Shown here one piece after another: positions 9,609 through 19,023 of a stretch of 64,000 nucleotides of DNA (position 1 is the stretch's first letter; each line of letters starts with the position of its first letter). Origin of the DNA: Clostridia bacterium (GTDB taxonomy: Bacteria; Bacillota; Clostridia; Christensenellales; DTU072). The DNA is taken from NCBI GenBank assembly GCA_017461065.1, contig JAFTZC010000013.1, positions 3,808 to 67,807 on the forward strand. Reading direction: 5' to 3'. The notes beneath the pieces were generated by a model. The model was not told where the DNA came from, did no database searches, and saw only the letters and a list, made by a program, of their open reading frames with translations. A program made the translations under genes and the position numbers.

Positions 9609-11000
9609 ATGAAAAAGAAATTGTTGTGTGTACTTCTTATCGTAGTTATGCTTGCAACCACCGTTAGCTTGATAGCTTGTAACAAAAACAGTGCAGGCGA
9701 AGCAAACTTCGTTGTTCCAGAAGGCGGCTACGACGGAAGCGCAGTAACCCTCAAATTCTACCACACTATGGGTGCAAACCTTCGCGCTGTTCTTGACACT
9801 TATATCGTTGAGTTCAACAAGATTTACCCCAACATCACCATTGAACACGAACAAGTTGGTAGCTACGACGACGTTAGAACCCAAATCAGCACCGAAATCA
9901 ACGTAGGCGCTCAACCTAACATCGCATACTGCTATCCAGACCACGTTGCACTCTATAACGTTGCAGGTGCAGTCGTTCAACTCGATAACCTTATCAACAG
10001 CACCGAAGAAGGTATCGGTCTAAGTGACGCTCAAAAGGCAGACTTCATCCAAGGTTACTACAACGAAGGTAAGCAATTCGGCGACGAATTTATGTACACC
10101 ATGCCTCTAAGTAAGTCAACCGAAGTTCTTTACTACAACAAAACCTTCTTTGACGAGCACAACCTACAACTCCCCAAGACTTGGGCAGAAATGGAAGCAC
10201 TTTGCGCTCAAATCAAGCAAATCGACCCCGATTGTATCCCTCTTGGCTACGACAGTGAAGCTAACTGGTTCATCACTATGTGCGAACAATACGGCTCACC
10301 CTACACCAGCGCAACCGGCGATCACTTCCTATTCGACAACGACACCAACAAGAGCTTCGTAAAGATGTTCCGTGAATGGCACAAGAAGGGTTACGTAACC
10401 ACCCAAGAAATCTACGGCGCATACACCAGCGGTCTATTCATCGAACAAGTTGACACCAACAGCTATATGTCAATCGGTTCATCTGCAGGTGCAACCCACC
10501 AACGTCCCGCTAAAGACGAAACCACCGGCGAATACCCCTTCGAAGTAGGCATCACCACCATCCCCCAAGTTAATGCAAGCAACCCCAAGGTTATCTCCCA
10601 AGGCCCAAGCCTTTGCATCTTCGGTAAGGAAAATCCCCAAGAAGTAGTAGCAAGCTGGCTCTTCGTCAAGTACCTAACCACCACCGTTGCATTCCAAGCT
10701 GAATTCTCAATGGTATCAGGTTATGTTCCTGTAATCAAGTCAGTTGGCGAGCACCCTGCTTATGCAAACTTCATTAACAATGCAGACGGCGGCGCTAATA
10801 TCGCAGCTCTTTCAGCTAAGGTATGTCTCCAACAAGAAGCTGCTTACTACACTAGCCCTGCTTTCAACGGCTCATCAATGGCTCGTGACGAAGTTGGCGC
10901 ACTAATGATTAAGTGCCTAACCGAAAACACCAACGACGTTGACGCTCTCATCAACAGCGCATTTGCTGATGCAGTTGACGAATGTGAATACAACAGCTAA
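9609..11000 (+). CDS. extracellular solute-binding lipoprotein (family 1) of the ABC importer
   Basis: It has a signal peptide with lipobox (SLIACN). Its size and composition are typical of CUT1 binding proteins. AAGGAG RBS is present. Confidence 0.85.
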   Translation: MKKKLLCVLLIVVMLATTVSLIACNKNSAGEANFVVPEGGYDGSAVTLKFYHTMGANLRAVLDTYIVEFNKIYPNITIEHEQVGSYDDVRTQISTEINVGAQPNIAYCYPDHVALYNVAGAVVQLDNLINSTEEGIGLSDAQKADFIQGYYNEGKQFGDEFMYTMPLSKSTEVLYYNKTFFDEHNLQLPKTWAEMEALCAQIKQIDPDCIPLGYDSEANWFITMCEQYGSPYTSATGDHFLFDNDTNKSFVKMFREWHKKGYVTTQEIYGAYTSGLFIEQVDTNSYMSIGSSAGATHQRPAKDETTGEYPFEVGITTIPQVNASNPKVISQGPSLCIFGKENPQEVVASWLFVKYLTTTVAFQAEFSMVSGYVPVIKSVGEHPAYANFINNADGGANIAALSAKVCLQQEAAYYTSPAFNGSSMARDEVGALMIKCLTENTNDVDALINSAFADAVDECEYNS

Positions 11001-11054
11001 TAACCATTATTAGCAAACAAACCAAAAAATCTATTAATATCTATAAGGATTAAT

Positions 11055-12410
11055 ATGGAAAAATTAATTAAAATCCTATCAATACTTATGATCGTCAGCC
11101 TAATGCTCGTCTGTGTCGTTGCTTGCGACGATACGGACGACACCGCTGGCGGTGGCGACGAAAACAACCACGTGCACGTTGACTACGTAGCTGACCTCAA
11201 GCTTGATATGACTTCAACTACTGCTAAGCAAGTAGTTACCGTCAGAAACCACGTTGACGGCGACACCGTACACTTCGACGTCCCCACAGCCGTAATGGCA
11301 AACGGAATATTTAAGGCAAGATTCCTTGCAGTAAACACTCCCGAATCAACGGGCAAAATCGAGAACTACGGCCACACTGCATCACGTTTCACCAAAGAAG
11401 CTCTAAAAGACGCTCACTCCATCATCATTGAGTCCGAAGACGACAAGTGGAACGCCGACTCAACGGGTGGCAGATATCTCGTTTGGATTTGGTACAAAAA
11501 GACTGCCGACGGCGAATATCGCAACCTTAACGTTGAGCTACTCCAAAATGGTCTTGCTATTGCTTCCAATACCGCAAACAACCGTTACGGCACCGTTGCA
11601 ATGAACGCGCTTACCCAAGCTAAAGTAGAAAAGCTATACGTTCACTCAGGCGTAGCCGACCCCGAAGTTTACACCGGTGAAGCAGTAGCTCTTACCATCA
11701 AAGAACTACGCACCAACATCAACGACTACAACGGCATCAAGGTTGCAGTCGAAGGCGTAGTAGTACAAGATTCTTCTCAAACCGTATACGTAGAGTCCTA
11801 CGACGAAGAAACCGACCTTTACTATGGTATAGCCGTTTATTACGGTTACAACCTAAGTGGTACGGGTATGGAGATTTTGTCAATGGGCAACGAAGTTAGA
11901 GTAGTTGGCGTAGTGCAATACTACGAAACGGGTGGCACTTGGCAAATCAGCGACGTTCAATATCGCGATTTCGTACCGGACGACCCCAACAACCTACAAC
12001 TTCTAAGCAGTAACAAAGGTGCAGCTTACACTTTGGTTGATGCAGACACGTTCGTAAACGGCAAAGTAACCGTAGAAACCGAAACCGAAGACAGCATCAT
12101 AAGTACAGAATATGATTTTGCAGAATGTATGCTTTCAGCTTCGATTTCAATGGAAAACCTTGTAATCACCGATATCTACACCACTAACAACGGTGGTAGC
12201 TCCGACGGCGCAATGACCTTTACTTGCAGAGCAAGTGACGGCACCATCGTCGACGTACGTACCATCCCCCTATACGACAGCAACAAGAATCTTCTAACTG
12301 CAGCTGACTTTGAAGGCAAGACCATCAACGTAAAGGGTGTTGTAGATTACTTTAGTGGTGACTACCAAATCAAGGTTTTCAAAGTAAAAGATATTACAAT
12401 CGTTGAGTAA
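11055..12410 (+). CDS. secreted lipoprotein: staphylococcal/micrococcal nuclease (SNase) domain plus two OB-fold-like modules
   Basis: It has a lipobox (VVACD) and SNase motifs (DGDTVHFDV...ARFLAVNTPEST and GRYLVWIW...NLNVELLQNGLA). Downstream beta-rich modules end in ...VRVVGVVQYYETGGTWQI and ...INVKGVVDYFSGDYQIKVF. Confidence 0.85.
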   Translation: MEKLIKILSILMIVSLMLVCVVACDDTDDTAGGGDENNHVHVDYVADLKLDMTSTTAKQVVTVRNHVDGDTVHFDVPTAVMANGIFKARFLAVNTPESTGKIENYGHTASRFTKEALKDAHSIIIESEDDKWNADSTGGRYLVWIWYKKTADGEYRNLNVELLQNGLAIASNTANNRYGTVAMNALTQAKVEKLYVHSGVADPEVYTGEAVALTIKELRTNINDYNGIKVAVEGVVVQDSSQTVYVESYDEETDLYYGIAVYYGYNLSGTGMEILSMGNEVRVVGVVQYYETGGTWQISDVQYRDFVPDDPNNLQLLSSNKGAAYTLVDADTFVNGKVTVETETEDSIISTEYDFAECMLSASISMENLVITDIYTTNNGGSSDGAMTFTCRASDGTIVDVRTIPLYDSNKNLLTAADFEGKTINVKGVVDYFSGDYQIKVFKVKDITIVE

Positions 12411-12483
12411 TCAACTGTAATAAAGTAACCCTATAGTCAAATTAAACAAAAAAACAAAACACATCCTAAGGAGGAATAGTAAC

Positions 12484-15279
12484 ATGAAAAAATTTCGTAA
12501 TTGCGGTCTCTTGATTGTGTTGGCTCTTATTCTCGCTTTGTGCGTATCAGTGTTTGCAGCTTGCACTCCTGATGACGGCGCTGGTGACACCACCGGTCTC
12601 GACTTAGCAAAAGAATATTTGGAAACACAACTAAGAGATGCTGCTACCGTTACCGGTGCTGACTTTACTCGTGCTGCCGTACTAAAGAACGAGCATGGTA
12701 CCTACACCGTAACCTGGACTCTCAGCATCACTTCTGGTCCTTCAACCGGCGTTTCTCTCGGCGAAGTAACCAATGGTATCCAAAAGATCAACGTTGACGA
12801 ATTCTCATCTGAAGAAGTAGTTTACGTTCTTACCGCTACCATCGCTGATGAAAACGGCAACACCCAAACCTTGACCTACAACCACAAGGTTCCTGCCTTC
12901 GTTCTCAACTCCTATGCTGAATACAAAGCAGCTTGCGAAGCAAACGATGGCGAAACCATCATTACCATTAAAGGTTATGTTCTTGGCGTAAATGCTGACC
13001 CAGGCTCAAGCTCAAAAGGTTCACTATGGATCGTGGATGCAGACGGCAACGGCTACTATGCATATAAGCCCACACTTGATGCAGCTATCACCGAAACTAG
13101 AGAAACCATCAACACTGCTTTCCCTCGTGGTAAAGAAGTTGTTATAAAGGGTACCGTTACCACCTATGGTGGCTGCCTTGAGTACAATCAAGGTTGTGAA
13201 GTTATTGCAACCGGTAATTCTGTTGACCCAGCAACTCTACCATACACCGATCAAACCGAGCTGTTCGGAAGCGCTTCTTCTATTTCTGACCATGAAACTC
13301 TTATCTCCACTCAATCAACCCGTGCCGCTCTCAATGGCGTTACCATGGGACAAATTGATGGATACAACTACTACTTCTCAGTAAACGGTGTTGATTTCAT
13401 TTGCTACATGAACATTTATCTACTTAGCGAAGAAGAAAATGCAACTCTTGCTGCAAAGTGGAACCAAGGTGGAAAAGCTAACCTTACTGGCATCATCAAC
13501 GTTTATAGCAACAAGTATCAGCTCTATCCAGATAGCGTTGACTCTATTGAAATTGTAAACGAAAACCTAACTGATGCACAAAAAGTTGAAAGACAAAAGA
13601 ACATCCTTTCACTCGAAGAAACCTACAATGATAACTTCACTCTACCCGAAGGCACTTGGGCAAACGTTGCTTGGACCGTTGAAGGCACCGGCGCAACCAT
13701 CGGCGAAGCTAACGCTGTAACCCTAACCAAGAGCTCCGTTGAACAAACCGTCACCTTCACTGCTACCATCACAAGTGGTACTGAAAGTGACACTGCAACC
13801 TTCACCGTAAAGATTGCTGCTGAAAGAACCTCCTTTGTTAAGGTAGCTCTTAACGCTGGTACAGCTCTTGAAAGTGGCGCAACTACCGAAGATAGCTATA
13901 TTATCGTTGGTATTGTTTCTGAAATCACTTCTGCTTACAGCGCACAATATGGCAACGTATCATTCAACGTAGTAGATGCAGAAGGCAACACCCTACTCGT
14001 TTACCGTTACAACCTTGAAGATGCTGCTACTATCGCAGTAGGCAATGCTATCGCAATCGCAGCACCTATCAAAAAGTACAACACTACTATTGAAGCAGTT
14101 GCTGATTTCGTTAAACTAAATATCACCTCTCTTGCCGACGCAGCTGCTGCAGGTATTGCTGGCACCGGCGTTGCAGATACCGTTGTTTACGGTTACGTAA
14201 AATCTATCGATACCGAATATAGTTCCCAATACAACAATATCACCATCACTATTAGCGATGGCACAAACGACCTCTATTGCTATCGCGTAGCTGGTGGCGA
14301 AGATATCGTTGTTGGCGAATATCTCCTTATCACAGGAACTCCTTCTGCATATAATGGCTCAGCTCAAATGGCAGCTAAGGCAACCTATACCAAAAGCAGC
14401 ATCTATATAGCCCCCTCAACTGGTGAAGGCGAAGATGGTGATGATCAAACAACTGGCGCTGTTAACACTATTACAGACGCTCTTGCTGCCACCGATGGTA
14501 CTGCTGTAGAACTAAGTGGTACTGTTTCCGACATTTATGAGGCATGGAGTTCTTACAATAACATGTCTTTCTACCTTACCGACGGAACCAATCGTATTCT
14601 CGTTTTCCGTACCGGTACTCAAGTAAATATCGGTGACGTTGTTAGTGTTTCCGGTACCGTTACCGTTTATAGCAACACTAATCAAATAGCACAAGGCTCA
14701 ACTGTTACCATTACTACCGCTCACGTTTGCTCAACCTATACCGATGCCGACTGTGAAAATGCAGCTGAATGTACTATATGCGGTACCGTTCAAGCAGGCA
14801 GTACCGCTCTTGGACATATTGATGAAGACACCAATGGCGCTTGTGATAGATGTTCTGTAAGCATGGCATCCGAAACAGCTACCGCAACTTATACTGCAGG
14901 CACCACCACCAACATGGTTGATGGAAACAATGCTGCAACCATCGGTCTTGATGCAACCATCTTCACAGTTACCTCTACAAAAACCAACGGGGGTAACAAC
15001 CATGTCGGTCTTAATAAAAACGGTACCATACGTCTATATAAGGGTCACACGTGTGAATTGAGCATCTCTATCGCTGCTGATTATACAATCGCAAGCATTA
15101 AGGTTACCCTTGCAAGTAGCGATGCCGGCACTCTCGTTGTTACTGACGGAACAAGTGAAATCACAGCTGATGCTAGTGTATATACCATAAATGGAAGCAC
15201 CGTTGTTCTTTATAACACCAATACAAGCGGACAATCTCACATTACTTCTATTGAAATCGTTTATGCTCCTGTTGCATAA
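12484..15279 (+). CDS. large lipoprotein with about 5-6 OB-fold-like repeats, one Cys-rich module and a C-terminal beta domain shared with the endonuclease I protein
   Basis: It has a lipobox (VFAACT). Repeats of the type G-[YIT]-V-x-x-[IV]...YxN[VIM][ST]FxxxDxxGxxxLxx[YF]R occur, e.g. GIVSEITSAYSAQYGNVSFNVVDAEGNTLLVYRY, GYVKSIDTEYSSQYNNITITISDGTNDLYCYRV and GTVSDIYEAWSSYNNMSFYLTDGTNRILVFRT. The Cys module is at 14722-14859. The assignment as an OB fold or DNA binder is an inference from the repeat pattern and the neighbouring genes. Confidence 0.6.
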   Translation: MKKFRNCGLLIVLALILALCVSVFAACTPDDGAGDTTGLDLAKEYLETQLRDAATVTGADFTRAAVLKNEHGTYTVTWTLSITSGPSTGVSLGEVTNGIQKINVDEFSSEEVVYVLTATIADENGNTQTLTYNHKVPAFVLNSYAEYKAACEANDGETIITIKGYVLGVNADPGSSSKGSLWIVDADGNGYYAYKPTLDAAITETRETINTAFPRGKEVVIKGTVTTYGGCLEYNQGCEVIATGNSVDPATLPYTDQTELFGSASSISDHETLISTQSTRAALNGVTMGQIDGYNYYFSVNGVDFICYMNIYLLSEEENATLAAKWNQGGKANLTGIINVYSNKYQLYPDSVDSIEIVNENLTDAQKVERQKNILSLEETYNDNFTLPEGTWANVAWTVEGTGATIGEANAVTLTKSSVEQTVTFTATITSGTESDTATFTVKIAAERTSFVKVALNAGTALESGATTEDSYIIVGIVSEITSAYSAQYGNVSFNVVDAEGNTLLVYRYNLEDAATIAVGNAIAIAAPIKKYNTTIEAVADFVKLNITSLADAAAAGIAGTGVADTVVYGYVKSIDTEYSSQYNNITITISDGTNDLYCYRVAGGEDIVVGEYLLITGTPSAYNGSAQMAAKATYTKSSIYIAPSTGEGEDGDDQTTGAVNTITDALAATDGTAVELSGTVSDIYEAWSSYNNMSFYLTDGTNRILVFRTGTQVNIGDVVSVSGTVTVYSNTNQIAQGSTVTITTAHVCSTYTDADCENAAECTICGTVQAGSTALGHIDEDTNGACDRCSVSMASETATATYTAGTTTNMVDGNNAATIGLDATIFTVTSTKTNGGNNHVGLNKNGTIRLYKGHTCELSISIAADYTIASIKVTLASSDAGTLVVTDGTSEITADASVYTINGSTVVLYNTNTSGQSHITSIEIVYAPVA

Positions 15280-15310
15280 TCCACACAACAAAATCTTTTT
15301 ATAAAGATAG

Positions 15311-15335
15311 AAAGGCACTCTTCGGAGTGCCTTTT
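15311..15335 (+). terminator. rho-independent terminator of the ABC/nuclease operon
   Basis: AAAGGCACTC-TTCG-GAGTGCCTTT is followed by a T-run, 32 nt after the stop of the 931-aa gene. Confidence 0.75.
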
Positions 15336-15473
15336 GATTTGGAAATATTAAAGTGCCTAACGGACGGAATTAAGATTGCTTTGAAATCGCAATTATGCAC
15401 TCTATAGGTGCGCAATTATGTCCTAACGGACACAAACTTCGTTGCGCTTACGCTACACGAACAAGGAAATTGG

Positions 15474-15743
15474 TTACTTGTTTAATAACCAATCCGCCAT
15501 GTCAACAATCCTAACGCCCTCATATTGGTATTCAGGATTTCTTGTTCGTGCAATTATCATTTTGGGATAAGCATCTTTTATTTTTAACAAAGGTTCTATT
15601 TCTCGCTCAAACGTATCGGGGTGGGTTATATTATCCGAAACTTGAATATAAATTTTCTCACTTCCCAAAATCAATAGTTTTTCATTTTTGGGAAGCGGTT
15701 TTCCTAAAAAGCCAAAAGAAAAATCAAACTCTATGTAGAACAA
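15474..15743 (-). pseudogene. C-terminal remnant of an AAA+ ATPase of the DUF4143 type
   Basis: Only the tail is present (...[59 protein letters not shown]), resembling the C-terminus of ~400-aa DUF4143 ATPases. There is no P-loop region upstream and no RBS. Confidence 0.5.
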
Positions 15744-15801
15744 GATTTAAGTGCATAGTTCAAGCGCAATTACGTCTTCGCTATGCTTAGACGCTACGAG
15801 A

Positions 15802-16521
15802 TTAAACGTCCTTACGTATAATCTCGTAAGCCTTATAGTCTGTTCTTGTGTGGGTTAGGGGAGTGATGGTTACGTAGCCGTCTATGGTTGCATCGCTATC
15901 GATGGTTAAGTCGTGGCGGTTTTGGTGTATGCAGTAGCCCGTTTGCTTCCAAATATCCTTTTCGATTTCAACGAAGCTGTCGGTATAATACGCTCCGCCT
16001 TGCTTGGTTACTACTATGCCCTTGGGATTGTCGGGGATATTTACGTTTAGTAGGTCGGCGTGCTTGAGCATATCGTGCGCTACTATATATTCGTACGCTT
16101 TGCCTATCCACTCGCGCGCAGAGTCAAACGAGTTTATCTCGGCAGAGAATGCTACGCCCTTTATATCGCGATATCTTGCTTCAAATATGGCGCCTGCAGT
16201 ACCCGAGTAGGATATGTCTTCGCCCATATTTAGCCCCCTATTTACGCCCGAGAACACTACGTCGTAGTCGCGCATTAGTCCAAGAGTACCAAACCTTACG
16301 CAGTCGGCAGGAGTGCTGTCCACGGCATATGCTTCCTTGGCGCCCAAGTACTCCACCTTTTTGACTTCAAATGGAGTGTATATGTTGATTGCGTGGGCCT
16401 TGGCGCTTTGTTGCACCTTGGGGGCACATACCGTAACTTCGCCAATGGTGCTTGCAAAATCAACGAGCACCCTTATGCCTTCGGCGTTTATTCCGTCGTC
16501 GTTAGTTACAAGTATTCTCAT
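15802..16521 (-). CDS. surE: 5'/3'-nucleotidase SurE
   Basis: The N-terminus MRILVTNDDGINAEGI matches the SurE signature. The length of ~240 aa fits. There is a 4-nt ATGA overlap with the upstream gene. Confidence 0.9.
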   Translation of the reverse strand: MRILVTNDDGINAEGIRVLVDFASTIGEVTVCAPKVQQSAKAHAINIYTPFEVKKVEYLGAKEAYAVDSTPADCVRFGTLGLMRDYDVVFSGVNRGLNMGEDISYSGTAGAIFEARYRDIKGVAFSAEINSFDSAREWIGKAYEYIVAHDMLKHADLLNVNIPDNPKGIVVTKQGGAYYTDSFVEIEKDIWKQTGYCIHQNRHDLTIDSDATIDGYVTITPLTHTRTDYKAYEIIRKDV

Positions 16522-17498
16522 AGCCAGCCCTCGTGCGTTTCCTTGTAAGCCTTGAGCTTAGCATCGGCTTCGGCAAGGAGTGCGTGAATTTCATCTACCG
16601 AGTATAGCGTTGCTCCGCAAGCGCACTCGTGTCCGCCGCCACGCCAATGCTCGCCTATATCGTTGCAATGTAAAAAGCGTGAGCGTAGTCTTACCCTAAT
16701 AGAGCCGTCGGCGTTATCAATGAACGCAGCCCATATCAAACTGCCCTTTACGTTTTCGGCAAAGGCTACCGCTGCACTTGCATCTTCACGAGAAAGACCA
16801 AAACGCTCTTGCATAGCCTTGTCAACGTAAATATACGCTACGCCGTTTTCGGTGAGCTTTACTTGGCCAAGTGCGTATGCCTTGAATACGAGATAGTCGT
16901 AGTCTTCCATCTTGAGATTGGCGTGTAGCCACTCGGTGTCAACGCCTACGTCAAGGAGCAGACCTGCTAAGCGCAAAGTCGCACCCGTAACCGAGTTGTG
17001 TCTAAATCTACCGCTATCCGTCACCATACCCGTGTAAAGATAGGTTGCGGCTTCGCCGTTTATCTTGAGTTCGTCCTTGAAAGTGTCGTAGAAGTCCACT
17101 ATCATCTCGCATAGTGACGAGCGTAAATTCTCCACCCAACTAAGGTCGCCGTACGGTTTGATATCAATGTGGTGGTCAATCTTAATTAGCTCCTTGCCAA
17201 GATTGTACTTGGGGTTGGAAATACGGTCGGTTGATGCCGTGTCAAGCACGATTACCAAAGCATCCTTGTAAAAATCGTCCTCGAATTGACTATCTTCGCC
17301 ACCTAAAAAGGCAAGATACTCGGAGTAATCGCTGTTTACAAGATATATTTCCTTTTCGGGGTAGGTTAGCTCCAAAATAGCCTTTAAGCCCTTGGTGCCA
17401 CCGATACAATCGCCGTCCGGACGAATATGACGAGAAATGATTATCTTGTTGTATTCCTTAATCTTATCAAGAATTTGTCTTTTAACTTTGGTGTTCAT
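16518..17498 (-). CDS. DHH/DHHA1 phosphoesterase (NrnA-like oligoribonuclease / pAp phosphatase), copy 2
   Basis: It carries the motifs RHIRPDGDCIGG, VLDTAS, IDHH and GGGHECACGA (DHHA1). Confidence 0.8.
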   Translation of the reverse strand: MNTKVKRQILDKIKEYNKIIISRHIRPDGDCIGGTKGLKAILELTYPEKEIYLVNSDYSEYLAFLGGEDSQFEDDFYKDALVIVLDTASTDRISNPKYNLGKELIKIDHHIDIKPYGDLSWVENLRSSLCEMIVDFYDTFKDELKINGEAATYLYTGMVTDSGRFRHNSVTGATLRLAGLLLDVGVDTEWLHANLKMEDYDYLVFKAYALGQVKLTENGVAYIYVDKAMQERFGLSREDASAAVAFAENVKGSLIWAAFIDNADGSIRVRLRSRFLHCNDIGEHWRGGGHECACGATLYSVDEIHALLAEADAKLKAYKETHEGWL

Positions 17499-17499
17499 A

Positions 17500-18447
17500 T
17501 TACTCCTCTATCTGCATTAGATCTAAGTCCCTTAGCATCGCCATTGCGGTCTCGCGGTCCTTTACGCGCGCGCCACTTGCCTTAACGTGTCCGCCACCGC
17601 CGTACTTGACGGCTATTTGGTTTATGTTTTGGGTCTTGGAACGTAGTTCACATAGCACGCCTTCATCGGTTTCCGTAAAGTTTACCCAGGTGTTTACGCC
17701 CTTTATCTCGGCCATAGTATTTACCATACCACGCGAAACGGTAAATTCGCTTACGCCAAGCGCCTTGACTTCGTCCGCGGTCGTGTATATGTATGCAACC
17801 CCGTGCTCGCTTAGCTCAATACGCATAACGAAACTCGCGCGTAGCCTTATCATATCAAGGTCGTCGCTGTATAGGTTGATATATATGTCGCCTGCATCAA
17901 AGTCTTGCTCGAATAAATATGCCGCCGCCTTGAATGTCTCGGAGCTCGTAGAGTCGTAACGGAAACGTCCCGAATCCGTCACCATTCCCGTATATAGCGC
18001 CTTGGCGGCTTGAGCGGTCAAATTAAGCCCCCAATCCCTTACGAGCGACGCCACTAAGCCCGCACAACTTTCGCGCGAAGAATCGACGATTTCGAGCTCT
18101 GTGAACTTCTCCACGTATTGGTGGTGGTCTATGCGTAAGGTGCACTCGGCAAGAGTATATCTGTTGTCGCTCACGAGATGGGCTGCTCCCATATCGAGCA
18201 GTATCGCAAGCGCCCCTTGATATACGCCGTCCTCTATCTCGTCCATAGCCGAGCCCTCAACGAAGGAATATCGACCTGCAGGGTCGCCTACTGCATAAAT
18301 CTTCTTTTCGGGGAAGTTCGCTTCCAGCACCTTTTTTAGACCCACTTGCGAGCCGATAGCATCTCCGTCGGGAGAAGAGTGCCTATGAATGATGATAGTA
18401 TCGTATTGCTTAATAACTTCTATGGCTTTGTCAAAATCGTAATGCAT
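17500..18447 (-). CDS. DHH/DHHA1 phosphoesterase (NrnA-like), copy 1
   Basis: It carries the motifs HRHSSPDGDAIGS, LLDMG, IDHH and GGGGHVKASGA. It lies in tandem with a paralog. Confidence 0.8.
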   Translation of the reverse strand: MHYDFDKAIEVIKQYDTIIIHRHSSPDGDAIGSQVGLKKVLEANFPEKKIYAVGDPAGRYSFVEGSAMDEIEDGVYQGALAILLDMGAAHLVSDNRYTLAECTLRIDHHQYVEKFTELEIVDSSRESCAGLVASLVRDWGLNLTAQAAKALYTGMVTDSGRFRYDSTSSETFKAAAYLFEQDFDAGDIYINLYSDDLDMIRLRASFVMRIELSEHGVAYIYTTADEVKALGVSEFTVSRGMVNTMAEIKGVNTWVNFTETDEGVLCELRSKTQNINQIAVKYGGGGHVKASGARVKDRETAMAMLRDLDLMQIEE

Positions 18448-18575
18448 ATAATCTCCATTTACGCTATCATTTTAACACAACGCGTACGCGTTAAGCAAGC
18501 CTTTGTTGAATGCGAAATGCGAAGTGTTGCAAAACCAATCACAATGGTTTATACTTAACGTATAAGGAGCTATTT

Positions 18576-18971
18576 ATGGTAGAAGTCGTTGCAGCACTAA
18601 TTTGGGATAAGGATAAGTTTTTGATTTGTAAGCGCCCTGCAAACAAGGCGCGCGCACTTCTTTGGGAGTTCGTAGGTGGCAAGGTGGAAAAAGGCGAAAG
18701 TAAGGAGCAAGCCCTTGTGCGTGAGTGCAAGGAAGAACTTGATATTACTTTGTCCGTAGGTGACGTATTCACCGAAGTAACCCACGTTTATCCCGATATT
18801 ACGGTGCACCTTACCCTTTTTAACGCAACTATCCTTGACGGCACGCCCACTCTAATCGAGCACGCCGACCTAAAGTGGATACTCCCAAGCGAAATCCCCG
18901 AATACGAGTTTTGCCCTGCTGACAAAGAGATTTTGGAGCTTTTGCAAAGGCGAAATCGCATTTGCAAGTGA
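18576..18971 (+). CDS. NUDIX hydrolase, MutT/8-oxo-dGTP diphosphatase-like
   Basis: It has a Nudix box (GGKVEKGESKEQALVRECKEELDI). I placed the start at ATG 18576 because AAGGAG sits at 18564-18569. The ORF-track start at 18510 lies inside a heptamer repeat. Confidence 0.85.
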   Translation: MVEVVAALIWDKDKFLICKRPANKARALLWEFVGGKVEKGESKEQALVRECKEELDITLSVGDVFTEVTHVYPDITVHLTLFNATILDGTPTLIEHADLKWILPSEIPEYEFCPADKEILELLQRRNRICK

Positions 18972-19023
18972 AGTTACTACGCAGTGAAATCATTCCTAAT
19001 TCCTCACTCCTAATTCTTCATTC

